From Octopus sinensis (Eukaryota): a DNA stretch of 64,000 nucleotides. Below the pieces are notes generated by a model. That model did no database searches and had not been told where the DNA came from. It saw nothing but the letters and a program-made list of their open reading frames with translations. The position numbers were made by a program, and so were the translations under genes. The stretch covers positions 102,548,001-102,612,000 of the forward strand of contig NC_043001.1 in the NCBI RefSeq assembly GCF_006345805.1, given 5' to 3'. Below, in pieces: positions 39,891-53,686 of this stretch; within the stretch, counting starts at the first letter, position 1; each line of letters opens with the position of its first letter.

Positions 39891-41499
39891 ATGTATATAT
39901 ATGTGTGTGTGTATAATGTCGAACAATGAGAATGAGTGCTCAACACCATACAGCTGGATGAAATAAAAACTCTTCATTTATATATTAAAGCAACCATTGG
40001 TTTCATGTTAAGAAAATATCTTCAGATCTTAACAATTTTTCAAATTAATCACATGGTAGAAAGGTGTTTGATTTCTTGTTTTGTTTGTGAGAATTTATCA
40101 TGAATTCTCATGATTTTTCATGTTTTAATCCAAAATGGAGAAAAACACCATTCCTCCATATGCTTGGCTTGAAAAATTGTCAAGATATAAAAATATTGTC
40201 TTTGCATAAAACCAATGGTAGCCTTAATACACAAGAACATATATATATATATAAATATATATATATATAAACTCAAGTTAGTGTATTAGTTATATTGGCC
40301 TATAGTTTTCCATTTAATTTGTATGCTGCTGCCCTCTACCTTTAGTCCTTGGTATGTCTATCATTCAACTGACTTTCAGTGTGACTGATGTCACCAAAGG
40401 AATAATACCTGGGACTGGTATTAGTCCTTGAACTTTAAATGTCCTGAAGCTATGTTGGTTCTGGTTCCAGTATCTGAAGGGAGCATTATAATGTTTTAAT
40501 GATTTCTGTACACTGTTTCATTTTTCACAACTAGCTTCAAAGTGTGAACTGCATCCTGTTGTTATTGCATGCACGCACAAACATACACACACATGTGTGT
40601 ATATACACACACACAAACACATGTATAAATATACATCTGTATACATTCATATCTCTCGCTCTGTCTCTCTCTCACATACACTCTCCTCTTCTGTCACACC
40701 TTGGGCAAGTGTCAGCTACATAGCCTAGGGTTACCCAAAGTCTTGAGTGGATTTGATAGACAGAAACTGAAAGAAGCCTGTTGTGAATAAAATATAATAT
40801 AATGCATGTATGAATGATTGTAATTTTCTTCTTGAGAGAGTTCAAGCCAGTTGCTAAGAAAGTGTCAAGACATTTTGAGTTAAAAGAGCTCCTGGTGTTT
40901 GTAAACATGTGATTGAAGTGGTGCATTGGTTGAGCTGATGATGCATGCAGCAAGTCGAGTCACATAAGAATCTTAGATGGAAAAGTTTTGGAATGGCTTA
41001 CAAATCTCCACTGTGCTTCTAATAGATTGCTATGTGCGGGATGCTATTGTGCATGTGTACAGTATGCATGGACATTGTGGATGTGCCGGTGTTTTCAGCT
41101 TCTATGTGTTTATGGGGCTATTGGATAATGGATGTGTGTATGAAGTTAATGTGTGTATACTATGTGTCTGGTAAGAGCACTTGTATGCATGTGTGAGACT
41201 ATGTGTGGGTTGTAGGGGGACGTATGTGGGTCAACCTGGATGGAGGTGAGGGTGTCCGGTGGTTCAAAGATGACAAAGCAGGTAGGTGTAAGGAGGTACG
41301 AGTAATTATATACATACATTGTACTGTACATGTGGGGAAGGGATTTGAAGTGTGTGTGTGTAATGATGAGTGTGTGTGTGTGTGTGTGTGCACAGGTGTA
41401 CGTAAATGCTGTATGGGCATAATGGTGTGTATGGTACACATAATGATAAGGTGTGTGTTGGGTAGAAGACGAGAGGGTTGTGTGTGGTGTGTGTTAATG

Positions 41500-42545
41500 C
41501 ATGTGGAGGTGTGTTTAAATGGAGAGAGGCAAAGAATTGAGGCCATGAGGGACTGAGAAATAGAGAGAGAAAATAAATTCCTGCTCACGATGGAGGTGGG
41601 AGTGTGGGTGGCCTCTGTGCAAAGCCAGTCCAAACACAACCAAATGTTGCAGGGAATGACTGGTCAAGCGGAAGTGGTGTAAGACTGGGGTATCATGACT
41701 GAGTCTGATGTCCCAAAGATGTTTAGCAAACTGGTCAGCTAAGCACTGGCCAGTTTCACCAATGTACAGAGAATGATAGAGAGAGAGAGCAGGGGATGCA
41801 GTAGATTAAATTGCTAGAAGTACAGGTGAATGAGTCAGTAATGTGGTAGTGACAGTGGTGGGTGACGGTGAGGGTAGCAGTGATGGAAAGGAAGGGGCAG
41901 GTGTGGCAGCATGGGGGAGAACAAGGGAAGGATCCAGGTTCAGTGCCACGAGAAGGGAAGAAGCAATGGACCAGAAGTTCACGTAAGTTACAAGCACATT
42001 TGAAGGAGAGGAGGGGTCAGTTGAGGAAGATATGGAAGGTGGAGCGCTCAGATTTGAATCAGCAGAAAACACATAAAATAGTGTGATGGAGGGGCAGGGC
42101 AGGGGGGTACTAGGTGGGGTGAAAAGAGTAAGAGTGAGGTGGGTGTAGGGAGAGTGTAGTCAATGGTGGTGGGATGTCCCAGTTGGGTCAAGTGGTGAGC
42201 CAGGAGTTTGGACTGTGCCTTGAAGTCATGGCTGTCACTACAGAGTTGGTAGAGAGTAAAAGAAAGACAGTTTGGTGAGGGTCGGGTGGGAGGAGAAGAA
42301 GCTGAGAAAACAGTGACTCTGTGGGTTTATAGTGGATGAAAGTGGTAAGAAAGGAGTGGCGGATGGTAATGTAAATATTGAGAAAATTGACAGAGGCATT
42401 GGAGGTAGAGCAGGAGGATTCAAGGGCAGAATAGAAGGGCTGGGTGGAAGGGAGGAAGGAGCTGAGTTGTTCCAATACAGTCATCAATGTAATGGCCATA
42501 TAGCTCAGGACTGGGACCAATAAACTGAGAGAATATTTGGGCCTC
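41500..42545 (-). mobile_element. Penelope-like element fragment (RT C-terminal half plus GIY-YIG endonuclease), frameshifted
   Basis: YIDD at 42480-42491; VNFLNI...YKPT...SSHP thumb-region motifs; NLIYCIPC...LYIGETG...KH GIY-YIG motif around 41749-41815. Confidence 0.85.
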
Positions 42546-42638
42546 AACTTAGCTGATGAACAAGTTCACATAGTTGGGGCCCATTCTCATTTACATGTCC
42601 ACTCCCAAGGCCGATCAATACATATATATACATACACA

Positions 42639-42870
42639 GGGCAGCAAGCTGGGAGAATCGTCAGTACGCCAGGCAAAATGCTTAATGGTATTTCGTCTGT
42701 CGTTATGTTCTGAGTTCAAATTCCGCCAAGATCAACTTTGCATTTCATCCTTTCGGGCTCAATTAAATAAATACCAGTTATGCACTGGGGTCAATGTAAT
42801 CGACTTAATCCCTTTGTCTGTCCTGGTTTGTCCCCTCTATGTTTAGCGCCCTATGGGCAACAAAGAAATA
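42639..42870 (+). mobile_element. SINE family A, full length
   Basis: Homologous to 47707-47914; ends caaagaaata. Confidence 0.85.
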
Positions 42871-43221
42871 AATATATATACACACACACACACACATTTA
42901 TACACACAGATAAAACAAAATCCCAGGGTGGTGGTGTGTATCAGCAAGACATATATTATTTAGAAAAAGCAACAAAGGGAGTTCAGTGAAATTGTCATGG
43001 CGGTAGCATTCTTCTTCTTCTTTATTTTACTTCTTTTCAGCATAATTCTGAAGAGAAACTGTTTTAAACATTTATATACTACACTCTCCTTATTAATTCT
43101 ACTGTACTCCTCCTGTGACATTTTACACACCGTGGGTGATTTTGAAACACCCAATGCTGCACATGTACACCCATAAATGCATATGCAGTCACATAATATA
43201 AATATATATATATGTATATAT

Positions 43222-43420
43222 ATATATATGTAACCGCGTGTGTATTGTTGCTGATTTTCTTCCTCCGTCTTCCCCCCCTTTGAACTTTCCTCTATTTCTG
43301 AAGAAGAGCTTGGCTCAAAACGTTGAATCCTCTTTCCTTCCTTTCCTGAGCATCTTATAATACAGTAGTTGTACCACATCCTTGGGTTACTTTATTTTCT
43401 TGTTCTTTCTTCTTTGTTCG
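43222..43420 (+). mobile_element. Penelope-type terminal repeat fragment with hammerhead-like core
   Basis: CTGAAGA-a-GAGC-ttg-GCTC-AAAAC-GT at 43298-43323, with the expected GAAA decayed to AAAA. Confidence 0.5.
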
Positions 43421-43427
43421 GATTCAC

Positions 43428-43459
<32 letters not shown>

Positions 43460-43470
43460 CACACACACAC

Positions 43471-43867
43471 AAACAAATAAATAACAAACGGTGGATAAGC
43501 ATCACTGCATTACAGCTGATTCCAATGGGTTTCTTTAATAGATTAATGAGTGCATTACATCATAACTAAAAAAAAAAAATTTAATGCTTTCTTCAGATGA
43601 TACATAACATTCCCAAACAATATAAGAACAGCACTTTACCTCAGTGGGCTGATCAAACTTGATTCCAGCTGAATTTCGATCAGCCAACTGAAGTAAAGTG
43701 CTGTTCTTCTTTTGTTCTGAAATGTTATGTATCACCTGATGAAAGCATTTGAAATTTTTTTATAGTTATGATGTAATTCACTCGTTCATCTATTAAAGAA
43801 ATCCATTGGAAACAGCTGTAATGAAGTGACACTTATTCATCATTTTGTTATTCGTTTATTTGTTCAT
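43471..43867. repeat. ~400-bp fold-back palindrome (MITE-like, superfamily unclear)
   Basis: Arms of ~185 bp pair throughout, e.g. aagaacagcactttac / gtaaagtgctgttctt and cattacagctg / cagctgtaatg, with a ~20-nt loop. Confidence 0.85.
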
Positions 43868-44196
43868 AATACACCTCACTGGAATCGCAACCCATCAGAT
43901 ATTCTGGAGTATACCAAATAGCATATGACCAATACAATGTACACTTTTGGATGAGCCCTTGGGCTATTGAAATATTCATAAGGACTAAGTCCTCTGTATA
44001 CATAACCTGAATTGTTCACTGGATGTTTTTTGGTACCCATGATATTCATTTGACTAAAGGTGTTGTTTACAAGTTAATTCAACCCAACCAGGTGCCTATC
44101 ATTTATGTACCCGATTCCTTTGAATCTTAAAAATTGTGTGTGTGTGTGTGTGTGTATATATCATACATATATACACACGCGTGCACACACACAAAT

Positions 44197-44240
<44 letters not shown>
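44197..44240. repeat. (TAC)n microsatellite
   Basis: Perfect run. Confidence 0.95.
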
Positions 44241-44241
<1 letters not shown>

Positions 44242-44441
44242 AACATCAATAATTACACTACAGATATTCACACATAAATTTTACAAGGCAGAGGTCGATT
44301 GTGGCAAAATTAAAACTTTGAAATCACTTTCAACTTTTCCTTGTAGAAATAAAAGCAAAAGCGATATTGAATGTAATGGAGTAAACCTTGAATTCATGAT
44401 TTTTATTCTTTTCATTGTAACAATACATAAAAACAAACTTC

Positions 44442-44497
<56 letters not shown>

Positions 44498-44755
44498 ATA
44501 TATACATATATATACGCAGACACACATATAAAATAATATGGGCACTCAGGCTGACCAAAGCCTGCGGTTCATAGGGTTAAAAAGGGTTTTGTATCCATAA
44601 AGCGCCAAGCTTTACATACAACTCCTCAAACCCTAAGACCAGCCATTAGGTCTTAACTATCTTTCTCTAAATATTCCGCAGCTCTATAACTCAGAGTGCG
44701 CTTCTCTTTCGGATTCACGATGTACTGACTATATATATACATTTACATACATACA

Positions 44756-44801
<46 letters not shown>

Positions 44802-45399
44802 CATACATACATACATACACACACACACATACATACACATACATATATACATGTGTGTATGTTTGTTCCCCACCACTGCTTGACAACGGGTGTTCGGTTT
44901 TTAAGTCCCCATAACTCAGCAGTCTGGCAAAAGAGACTAAAAAAAAAAACAAACATTACTGGAGTTGATTCATTGAACTAAAAATTCTTAAAGGCAGTCT
45001 AATGACTGAAACTAGTAAAATGTAAGTAAAAGATACACATGTGTGTGTGTGTGTGTGGAGAGAGAGAGATATGCAAACTTATACTCGCAGAAGTGAATAA
45101 TATATACATACACAGTTTACATAGTCTAAACGACCTCTCTCACCACTCAAGACACCGTCACCACCTGAAAAACAGCTTTTGCAGGAGACATATACATGCA
45201 GAAGTGTGTGTGCATGTGTGTGTGTGTATGAGTGCACACACGTTCAAGAATGCATGTGAGGTTGAGTGCTTGTGCATATGAGTGTGTGTGTGTGTGTGTG
45301 TGAATGCTTGTGTAGTAGCATTAACGTGTAATAAATACCACAGCACGCATCCCTGCCACCTGACTCTCCTCTTTTTCACACAGGCACACAATAATCCCA

Positions 45400-46220
45400 A
45401 TCCAATAAGACATTAGACAGATGGGAACGAATGAGATTATGAAAGACAGAAAGGACGAATGAAAGAGAAGAGATAGGAAGGGAGTGGTAGAAAAAGGAAA
45501 AAAAAAACATATGAAAGAATGAAATGAACAAATGTGAATGAGGTAAGTGAAACTGAATAACAGAATACTGGGTAAAGAAAAATAGATGATTTACTGAATG
45601 AAACGAAACAATGTAGATGAAAGATGAAATGAGAATATGAATGAAAAAAATAAACAAAAAGAAAAAAAATGAAATGATGAAGAAGATGAGAGAAAAGAAG
45701 ATTGAGAGAAAAGAGTACAAAATAATGAAAGACGAAAATAGAGAAATAAAATGATAACATACAGAGTGAATAAACGAAGGAGGAAATATATGGGAATAAA
45801 AGACGAAAAGCTACAGTAAAATAGCTGGAAATGGAGGAAATATGATGACAAAAGTACGTGAAAAAGAGGAAAACTTAAAGTAAGGAAAGGAGAATGAGAT
45901 TAGAGAGAATGAAAGAGAAAGAGAAGGAGGCAGGAGATAGATGTAATACTATGGACTGGAAAGAAAGAAGAAAAAAAAATTGGTTTCATTTGGACAGAGT
46001 TGTCATGGTAACAGAAGGAGTGGAAGGCATGTGTTATGGATGCATATTATATTCCGTGGAATTGGGGAAACTTAAAAGGTAAAAATAAGAAGGAAATAAA
46101 ACACTTTCAATATAAGGGGAAAAAGATGATGCAGTCACCATGGAACATTGAAGAAAAAAACAATAATACACATAATAGAAATGAAAAAAAAAAAGGGATG
46201 AAAGGAAAGAAAGAAAGCAA
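45400..46220. repeat. Purine-rich (A/G) low-complexity tract
   Basis: Direct reading; source of the Phe/Ser-rich minus-strand ORFs. Confidence 0.8.
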
Positions 46221-47509
46221 AGACTTGCATCCATGCTGAAACACTTGAAAATTCAATTCTGCTGGCTACAAAGTGGCCAACGCAGTAGAGTGGCATGGTA
46301 TGGAATGGTGTGAAGAATGACTTGTAGTATAGTTTGGGGAACGGCAGAAGGAAGAGGAGTTGGAAACGAAAGGAAATCTAGGGCTGATTGTTAAAGGAGG
46401 CGGGACAAGTTCATTTGCCAACAAAAACAGTTGGCTTTTTGTTTCATTTAAAGGAAAATAAAGTGGTCCAAGCTTCACTTCTCTGTTTGGTGGAGCCATA
46501 ACAACAGAGAGAATCACAGGAAAGGATTCAGTTTGGTTTCATAAAAATATTTTGTTTTGCAAAAGAAGAAAGGGATTCTTTTGGGAATGGTTTCCCCTCC
46601 CCCATTTTTATTCTACACTATTTTGATTTCCCTCCTTATTACAAATGTTCTATATTTTTTTAAGTACTTTTATACGTTACCCCACACCACACGAGAAACA
46701 GTCAATGTACCTGTCTTTCTTTTTCCTCTTAATGCATGCTCCTGCTGCCCTTCCAGACTCTATTACTAAACTTTATAGCCCTATCTTTTCCTCCTAAACA
46801 CACACTCTCTCTCTCTCTCTCTCTCTGAAGTTTCGTCGCCACCACCCTGCCAAACATTAACTGCACTAACCTTGCCCAGTTATTTCTTATGCTCCAGTCA
46901 AGAACAGTAGATAAAGGTTACAAGGCATTGCTCCTCCTCCACCTCTTTAAACAACTGAACAAAAACACTAACAAATGCTGGTTAGCTTTACAAAATTGGG
47001 AGAATATTTGTATCAAAACTGTTGGAACAATTCTTGATGGCAAGATGAATTTCTTTATGTTCCTTCCCAAGAATATTATAGTTAATGTTAACGATTCAAT
47101 TATAGAATGGAAGTCACAGGCATTTTACTGCTTGCTGTATTGGGTGGAATACAGAATAAATGTGCCGTTTTATTAACGCAACATGAGCTGCTGAATATAA
47201 TTATTAGTGACAGAAGCAGAATTGAATTTAGATAGAGGCCACAATATGGTAGGCTGCTATATACACAACACTGAATAAATGCATTGCATCTAAAGGTACT
47301 ACTATGAAATTAATTATACAACATGTAGACTGATGTAAGATGAGACAGCAAATAGTTGAGCATTTCTAGAGCTGGGGACGTTAATTCACTTAAAGTGTTA
47401 TCAGAAAACATCAAGATTAACTTCATCAATAATGTAAGGCAAATAAGTTACAATGTGCTTGTAGTACATCTAAAGAGTAATAAATGAATTAGTATATGTA
47501 CTATTTATT

Positions 47510-47605
47510 AATCACTATATATAGTATTAATGAAGCACTATATGTTATATTAACGATGCACTATATGCAGCATTAATGAAGCAGTATATATAGTATTAAG
47601 TAATC
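47510..47605. repeat. Short ~22-bp minisatellite (about 4 diverged units)
   Basis: Repeated gcactatat...tattaatgaa units. Confidence 0.65.
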
Positions 47606-47706
47606 CAAATTATTAATGGTAAATATAAAGAACTGGTGATGTCTTGTAAGATGAATTTTCGTGTGTTTCTTTTTTCTACTGCGGCAACATTAGGACCATC
47701 TCCTAA

Positions 47707-47914
47707 GGCGGCGATCTGGCAGAACCGTTAGCACGCCGGGCGAAATGTGTAGCCACATTTCGTCTGCCGCTACGTTCTGAGTTCAAATTCCGCCGAGGTC
47801 GACTTATCCTTTCAGGGTCGATAAATTAAGTACCAGTTACGCACTGGGGTTGATGTAATCGACTTAATCCGTTTGTCCCCTCTGTGTTTAGCCCCTTCTG
47901 GGTAGTAAAGAAAA
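47707..47914 (+). mobile_element. SINE family A, full length, with ~19-bp TSD
   Basis: caacattaggacca(t/a)ctcc starts at 47685 and at 47915. A-box-like tggcagaaccgttagc and B-box gagttcaaattcc are present. Confidence 0.92.
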
Positions 47915-48218
47915 CAACATTAGGACCAACTCCAACAACAGAAGATAACTTGTAATAAATGCAGTTGTGTGAAGTTCATAGTTTAAAATTATAAAGTTAT
48001 TAAGTAATGAATGTGCTGGACTCCAGACAGAAAGGTTTTGAATGCAATCAGTTATTACACTTGCCACAGTAAATCTATAAAGGGTATAAAACTTCTGTCA
48101 ATAAATTTTGAACACTAAGTAAACAGCCAACCCTTACATGGTCATTTGACTTGCTAGGAGGAGAAAATCACAGTCTTTCCTTTTGGAAAGAGATACGTTG
48201 GATAATATAGTTTTTAAA

Positions 48219-48705
48219 TAACGTAAATCCTCGACTATAATCCGCATCTTTCCCCCTAAATTTAACGGTCAAAATCGCTAGTGCGTACTATATACGAGGT
48301 TAAAACTGAAAAATATTTTCTAAGCAATGACCGAGTCTCTATTTGTTATCTAGCAGTGTTTATTCAGACGCATTTTGTGATGTCAGGTGCGAAAATACCT
48401 AAGCCTGAAAGCAATGAAGTCATAAAAGAATCATCCATGACTTGCAGTAAGCAACAACATGTAACAAAAACAATTTGCAAACATATTTACATTCCCATAA
48501 AACAGTTAAGAACATCACCATTTATTGTATTACGCATGCGCAGAAGTGTTTGTTCGACTAGGTGCTGCTGGCTTAATTACACATGACTTAAGTTAGAGAA
48601 GGGGTGTGTATTATACAGAAGGTTTAGGTTTGTCAGAAGTACAGCCCCCTAAAAATTCCCTGCGTATTATACTCAAGGGCGGACTATACTTGAGGATTTA
48701 CGGTA
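48219..48705. mobile_element. pogo/Tigger-like MITE with TA TSD
   Basis: TA-acgtaaatcctcgactataatccgc...gcggactatacttgaggatttacgg-TA, with subterminal tgcgta(c/t)tata repeats. Confidence 0.8.
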
Positions 48706-50059
48706 TACTGTCTAAATGAAAGAGAAGAAAGTTATAATTGGAGTCTCTTTCATCAGAGATTTGCTAGAGCAGGATTGATTGGGACTAAGCAACACAATCA
48801 TCTGTGTACTGCTTCTATTTAACTCACTTCACAGGCATATACAACTCAAATATATACTATGTGAAATCATTGTTTTGATAAGGTGTTTCGCTTAAGCAAT
48901 TTTAGAAGACAAACACAGAAAGGCCACGTAGTAGGTCCAACGACCTGGGGAACAAGGTTCAAATAAAGATTGCTATGCATGAACAATGTCAATGCTAAGC
49001 ATGCCAACCTCTAATTATTTCACATGAAGGTCACATAAACACAACGGTGACAAAATTGTACTTCAAGAAATTACTTCAAAGCTGTAAAATATTTCAGTTC
49101 TAATTAGATACTGACTCACCCACCCCATATATACAAAAGCTCAGATATAGTTCACTATGGAGTTCTGCTGCTAAACACTAAAACATATTTAGCCACATAC
49201 AAAAGCGGGTCATTCAGTTAATTGACAAAAGACACAATCTCTCACTTTCAGATATTCTACATCTTCTCTTTCCGTAGTTTTGTAGAGAAGACATTTGCTC
49301 TGTGGCACATCCAGCAACCGTTTTCCACCATAGCATCGTGTTGAACTCAATCATGTCAGTGAAATTTGGCAAGCAGAAATTGTGTGGAAATCTTCTAGCA
49401 TGTGTGTGTGTGTGAGTGCATGTATTGGTCTTATTTGGACAGTGATGGCTTTTGTTTGTGTCCCACACAAATAATGTTCTACAGCTCAGCAGTTCAGCAA
49501 CAAAATTATGGTGGAAGAAAGCATCTTACTTGAAAACAAGGTTAGTGTCAGGAAAAAAAAAAGGTAACCCTAAATCTAATCCAACCCATGTCAGCATGGA
49601 AAAAGTGGATTTAAAAACAATGCTGCTGCTGCTGATGATGATGGAGAGCAGGAGAGAGAAAATGAGGAGAGGAGAAATGGGAGGTGGCTGCAGTGGTGAC
49701 AATGACAATGAGGATCTCTTTTGTTATTACAAGTTTCTGCTTTCCTGTTGGAATGCAAGTTGCTTTCGCTGACTCAAACTCTCTCTCTTCTCCTTCCATC
49801 TCAACAGTGTGTACACCCACCCACCCCCACTAGCCACTTTATTCTATCTTTCTTCATCAAAGCCACAAACTCCTGGGATTCTTTCAAACCCATATTTTCC
49901 CTATGGAGATCGACCACTACAAGTTCAAACAGGACATCAAAGACATCAAGGAAGGCCTACAAAGGTCATAAGCACTTTCTCTCCTTCCCTGACTAATGAT
50001 TAAGAAAATAACACATGATGATTTATACTTAATGTTGAATAATACATAATCATAAAGTA

Positions 50060-50330
50060 TATGAGGATTTAACAGCTCTGAGGTCAGTTTGAATCCAATT
50101 GTACTAAATTCACAATCTTGTCTTCATAGACTTGTCTTCATTGAAAATTTGTGTAAAAGTGACAAAATCCATATAATCTCTGGTTTGTCAAGTAAATTTC
50201 CAAATATTGTCTTTGAGTATGATCCCATAGTTTTGCACTACATGGTACCAACGAATCCACATGCCTTTGAGACATCTACATATGTGGCTTGAACATAGAT
50301 TTAAATCTATCAAACAAAATCAATTTCTTA
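50060..50330 (-). mobile_element. Decayed non-LTR reverse transcriptase remnant
   Basis: Minus strand ATYVDVSKA resembles the (F/Y)xDxSKAFD RT motif, with many stops. Confidence 0.4.
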
Positions 50331-50733
50331 CAGTAACAAATCTGTAATCGAAGCAGCATATGTTTAAAATCAAACCAGTCAAACAGATTTTGACAAAGAT
50401 ACATCATCTGTTCATGCAACGACAATAATTGCTAGCATGCAATAATACCCTGACCTTGTATTAACATACATGCACACATATTCACTCTAGGTTTATAGGG
50501 CCACTGCATGCGTATGTGAGCACTGGGCCATCATTTAAATGAGCCTCTGTGGGTACTTGTTCGAATAAAATTACAACTAATAAAATTATCAAGTAGAAAC
50601 CAAATAAAATAATATCATTTCCTCTTATCTGTTGTTTACATCGCAAAACACATGCCAATATACTTACACGCACACACAATGCATTTATATAAACATGCAT
50701 GCACATACAAGTGCAAGCAAGGCTGTAATTTTA

Positions 50734-51095
50734 TTTGTTTCAGTTATCAGACTGTGGCCAAGCTGCAGCACCACTCTGAAGAATTTTTAATCAAATGAAT
50801 CAACCCCAGTACTTATGATGTTTGAGCTTGGTACTTTTCTGTCTCTTTCGTCAAACTAAGTTACAAAGACATAAAAACATGCCAGCAGTGGAGGAGGACA
50901 AAGACAAACACACACACACACACACACACACACAAGACAGGTTTCTTTCAGTTTCCTTCGACCAAATCCACTCACAATGCTTTGATCGGCCCAAAGCCAT
51001 AATAGAAGACACTTGCCTATCATGCCACACAGTGGGACTGAACCTAGAACCATGTGGTTGAGAAGTAAGCTTCTAACCACACAGCCATGCCTGCA
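50734..51095 (-). mobile_element. SINE family B, near full length with internal (CA)n
   Basis: Reverse of gcaggcatggctgtgtggttagaagc head through to the actgaaacaaa end. Confidence 0.8.
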
Positions 51096-51224
51096 ACTAT
51101 GTTTAAAATGTTTGTATCACAAATACAACACTTATCCACAAGCTTCAATCATTTAGGGTGGCACTTTGGGCAAATGTTTGCAACAATAACGATGGTTTCA
51201 CCAATGTCTTATGAGTGGAATTTA

Positions 51225-51415
51225 ATCTTTTCAACTCTAGGCACAAGGCCTGAAATTTTTTGACCCCGGTGCGCAACTGGTACTTAATTTATCAACCCCA
51301 AAAAGATGAAAGGCAAAGTCCAACCTCAGTGGAATTTGAACTCAGAACATAAAGACAGATGAAATACCGCTAATCTTTTCGCCTGGTGTGCTAACGTTTC
51401 TGCCAACTCGCTGCC
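51225..51415 (-). mobile_element. SINE family A
   Basis: Reverse of ggcagcgagttggcagaaacgttagc...gagttcaaattcc. Confidence 0.8.
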
Positions 51416-51483
51416 TTAGAGTGGAATTCAATAAACAATAACTTTCATACTCTTGTTTTAAATATGTGTGATTTTGTTTTATA

Positions 51484-51524
<41 letters not shown>

Positions 51525-53081
51525 TGTGTGTGTCTGCATGTAAGCAAGCATGCATATATAATCATATGCATGCTTGCATATGAGTACATATGCACTGAGG
51601 TGAGTATAATCAGTTAAACTTGTAAAGGCTGTGAGTGTCCAGTATAGCCATTGTCCAAAGACTGAAAACAGTAAGGGAGCCTAAAATTTTACTTTTCCTT
51701 ATAGCAGCAGTATTAGATGTATCATTCTTTCCATAGCAGTAAATTCTTCATTTTCACACACACACGTATGTGTTTGTGTGTGTGTATGATGATTGTATAT
51801 ATAACAAGTGAAGAAATGTAAGAATAGGGAACTAAGGCAACAAGTGAATACTTAATGTCATCAAAATAACGATGATGATTTTGATGATGATAGAAAAATT
51901 TGACCAACCACATGCAGAAATATCCTTTGCAATGCAGTCAAAATATATATATATAAAACAACCACAGCTCCTCCTCAGCACAACCTAGGAGGCAGTTGAT
52001 AGACAAGCAATGTTGAGAGTGGAACTCTTGGAGGAATAACATATATATTTGACATATGCAATATCAACAAACAACAAATGTAATCTATACAAAATGAACA
52101 CACAAACCTATCACATCTAAGCCCTGTGCCCCACCCTCTGGATATCATTGAAGGAGGCAAGGAAGCTGAATGCCAGGTAGAAGTAGGCAGTATGCTATAG
52201 ATGAGATAAAGGCTGGGATGCCAACAGCTGTTGGTGCTGTAGGAGTGGATAGATGATAATGATGATGAGGAGGACAGCTACCATGACGACTGATAGTGGA
52301 AGTGCTTTCAGAGACAGTACAAATATAATAACAAAATTATCCTGCAAACACCACTCTGCTATTTGAAGTGCTGGAAACATATGTCCCTAACACCACCACC
52401 CTGCACATGCCTGAATCTCAGCAAAGTAAAAAAAAAAATTGCAATGCAGAACAAGGATAGATAACAGAGGATCAGTATACCTCTTAAAAATCACATTGGA
52501 TAAGGTTTGTTTCTACATCAAAAAGAAAGTAAAAAAGAAAGTAAAGAAGGAAAAACGAAATGAGAGCCAGGTCTATGAGAACTATTTGATATGTATGCAC
52601 TCCGACTCTGCATTACAATTGACAAAATGGAGGTAGAATATGACATTTTTGGGTAAACTCTCATTTCCATTACTACCACATGATACATGTGTGTGCGTGT
52701 GTGTGTGTCAGTCTGTGTACATGCACACGGATATATGTGGACATTAATAGATTCATATGAATGCACATACACATGAATGCTAGCAAATATATACACACTT
52801 GCTTATGTACAAACACATAACTACAGCAGCAGAAGATATTAAACAAACGTAAAAACATTAAATTGCACAGCTAACACACACACACACACACACAGATGGG
52901 GAGAGGGGAGGGAGTTTCTATAGCTATCAGACGATGATAAAATATAATTAGCACAAACCATATTATACAAGGATGCAATTCTGAAAATACTAAGCTAAGC
53001 TTGCTGCCATATTTAGCTTTTAAGAATAAACTAAACTAAAATACTTGGGAAGGTAGTGGTAGAAGAGTTGTTGAGTTCCCA

Positions 53082-53116
<35 letters not shown>

Positions 53117-53651
53117 CACACACACACATGCACACACTTTTACATCACATATACACCCAATGCACCAACACCATCACAACATAAACAATATTTTTTTTTC
53201 AGAAATGAAACAACAGCAAAGAGAAAATCTCTTAGTAGAAATAAAAATAATGTTGAAAATATCAAACTAGGGGGGGAAAAAAAAGAAAAATTCATGAAGA
53301 ATGAAACGATGAAATAAAGTTGAAACAAAATAAAAACAGAACTTTGGAATGAGAAGAGAAAATGCAATAAAAGACAAAGATAAAAGACTGGTATCTAAAA
53401 ATATCGAAATCAAGGAAGAAAATCATTAAAAAAATTCACTTTAAAAGAAGTAAAATAAAATTTTTAAAAAAGTAGAAAAAGAATGAATTTTTTAAAATGT
53501 TAAATTGGACGGGTGGACATGTTGTTGTAGTTATTGTTGTCATGAAGATGATGATCATCAGCTGTATACCTAAAAACATCATCAATATTGTTCAAGAATG
53601 TAAACCTAAGCTGACATGCTCAATAAAATTTTTTCATTGCTGTCATTTTGC

Positions 53652-53686
<35 letters not shown>

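Noticed and set aside
40409-40473. 65-nt minus-strand exon candidate (YWNQNQHSFRTFKVQGLIPVP)
   Set aside because: Weak donor (gtatta) and no recognisable homology.
45376-46239. Hydrophobic membrane-protein-like ORFs
   Set aside because: Translations of the purine/pyrimidine low-complexity tract.
46240-46520. Possible regulatory island (unique sequence with a ggaggcggga GC-box-like motif)
   Set aside because: One short motif is not evidence; it would need conservation or chromatin data.
47707-47790. tRNA gene
   Set aside because: The A/B boxes belong to a multi-copy SINE head with a TSD, and no complete cloverleaf is evident.
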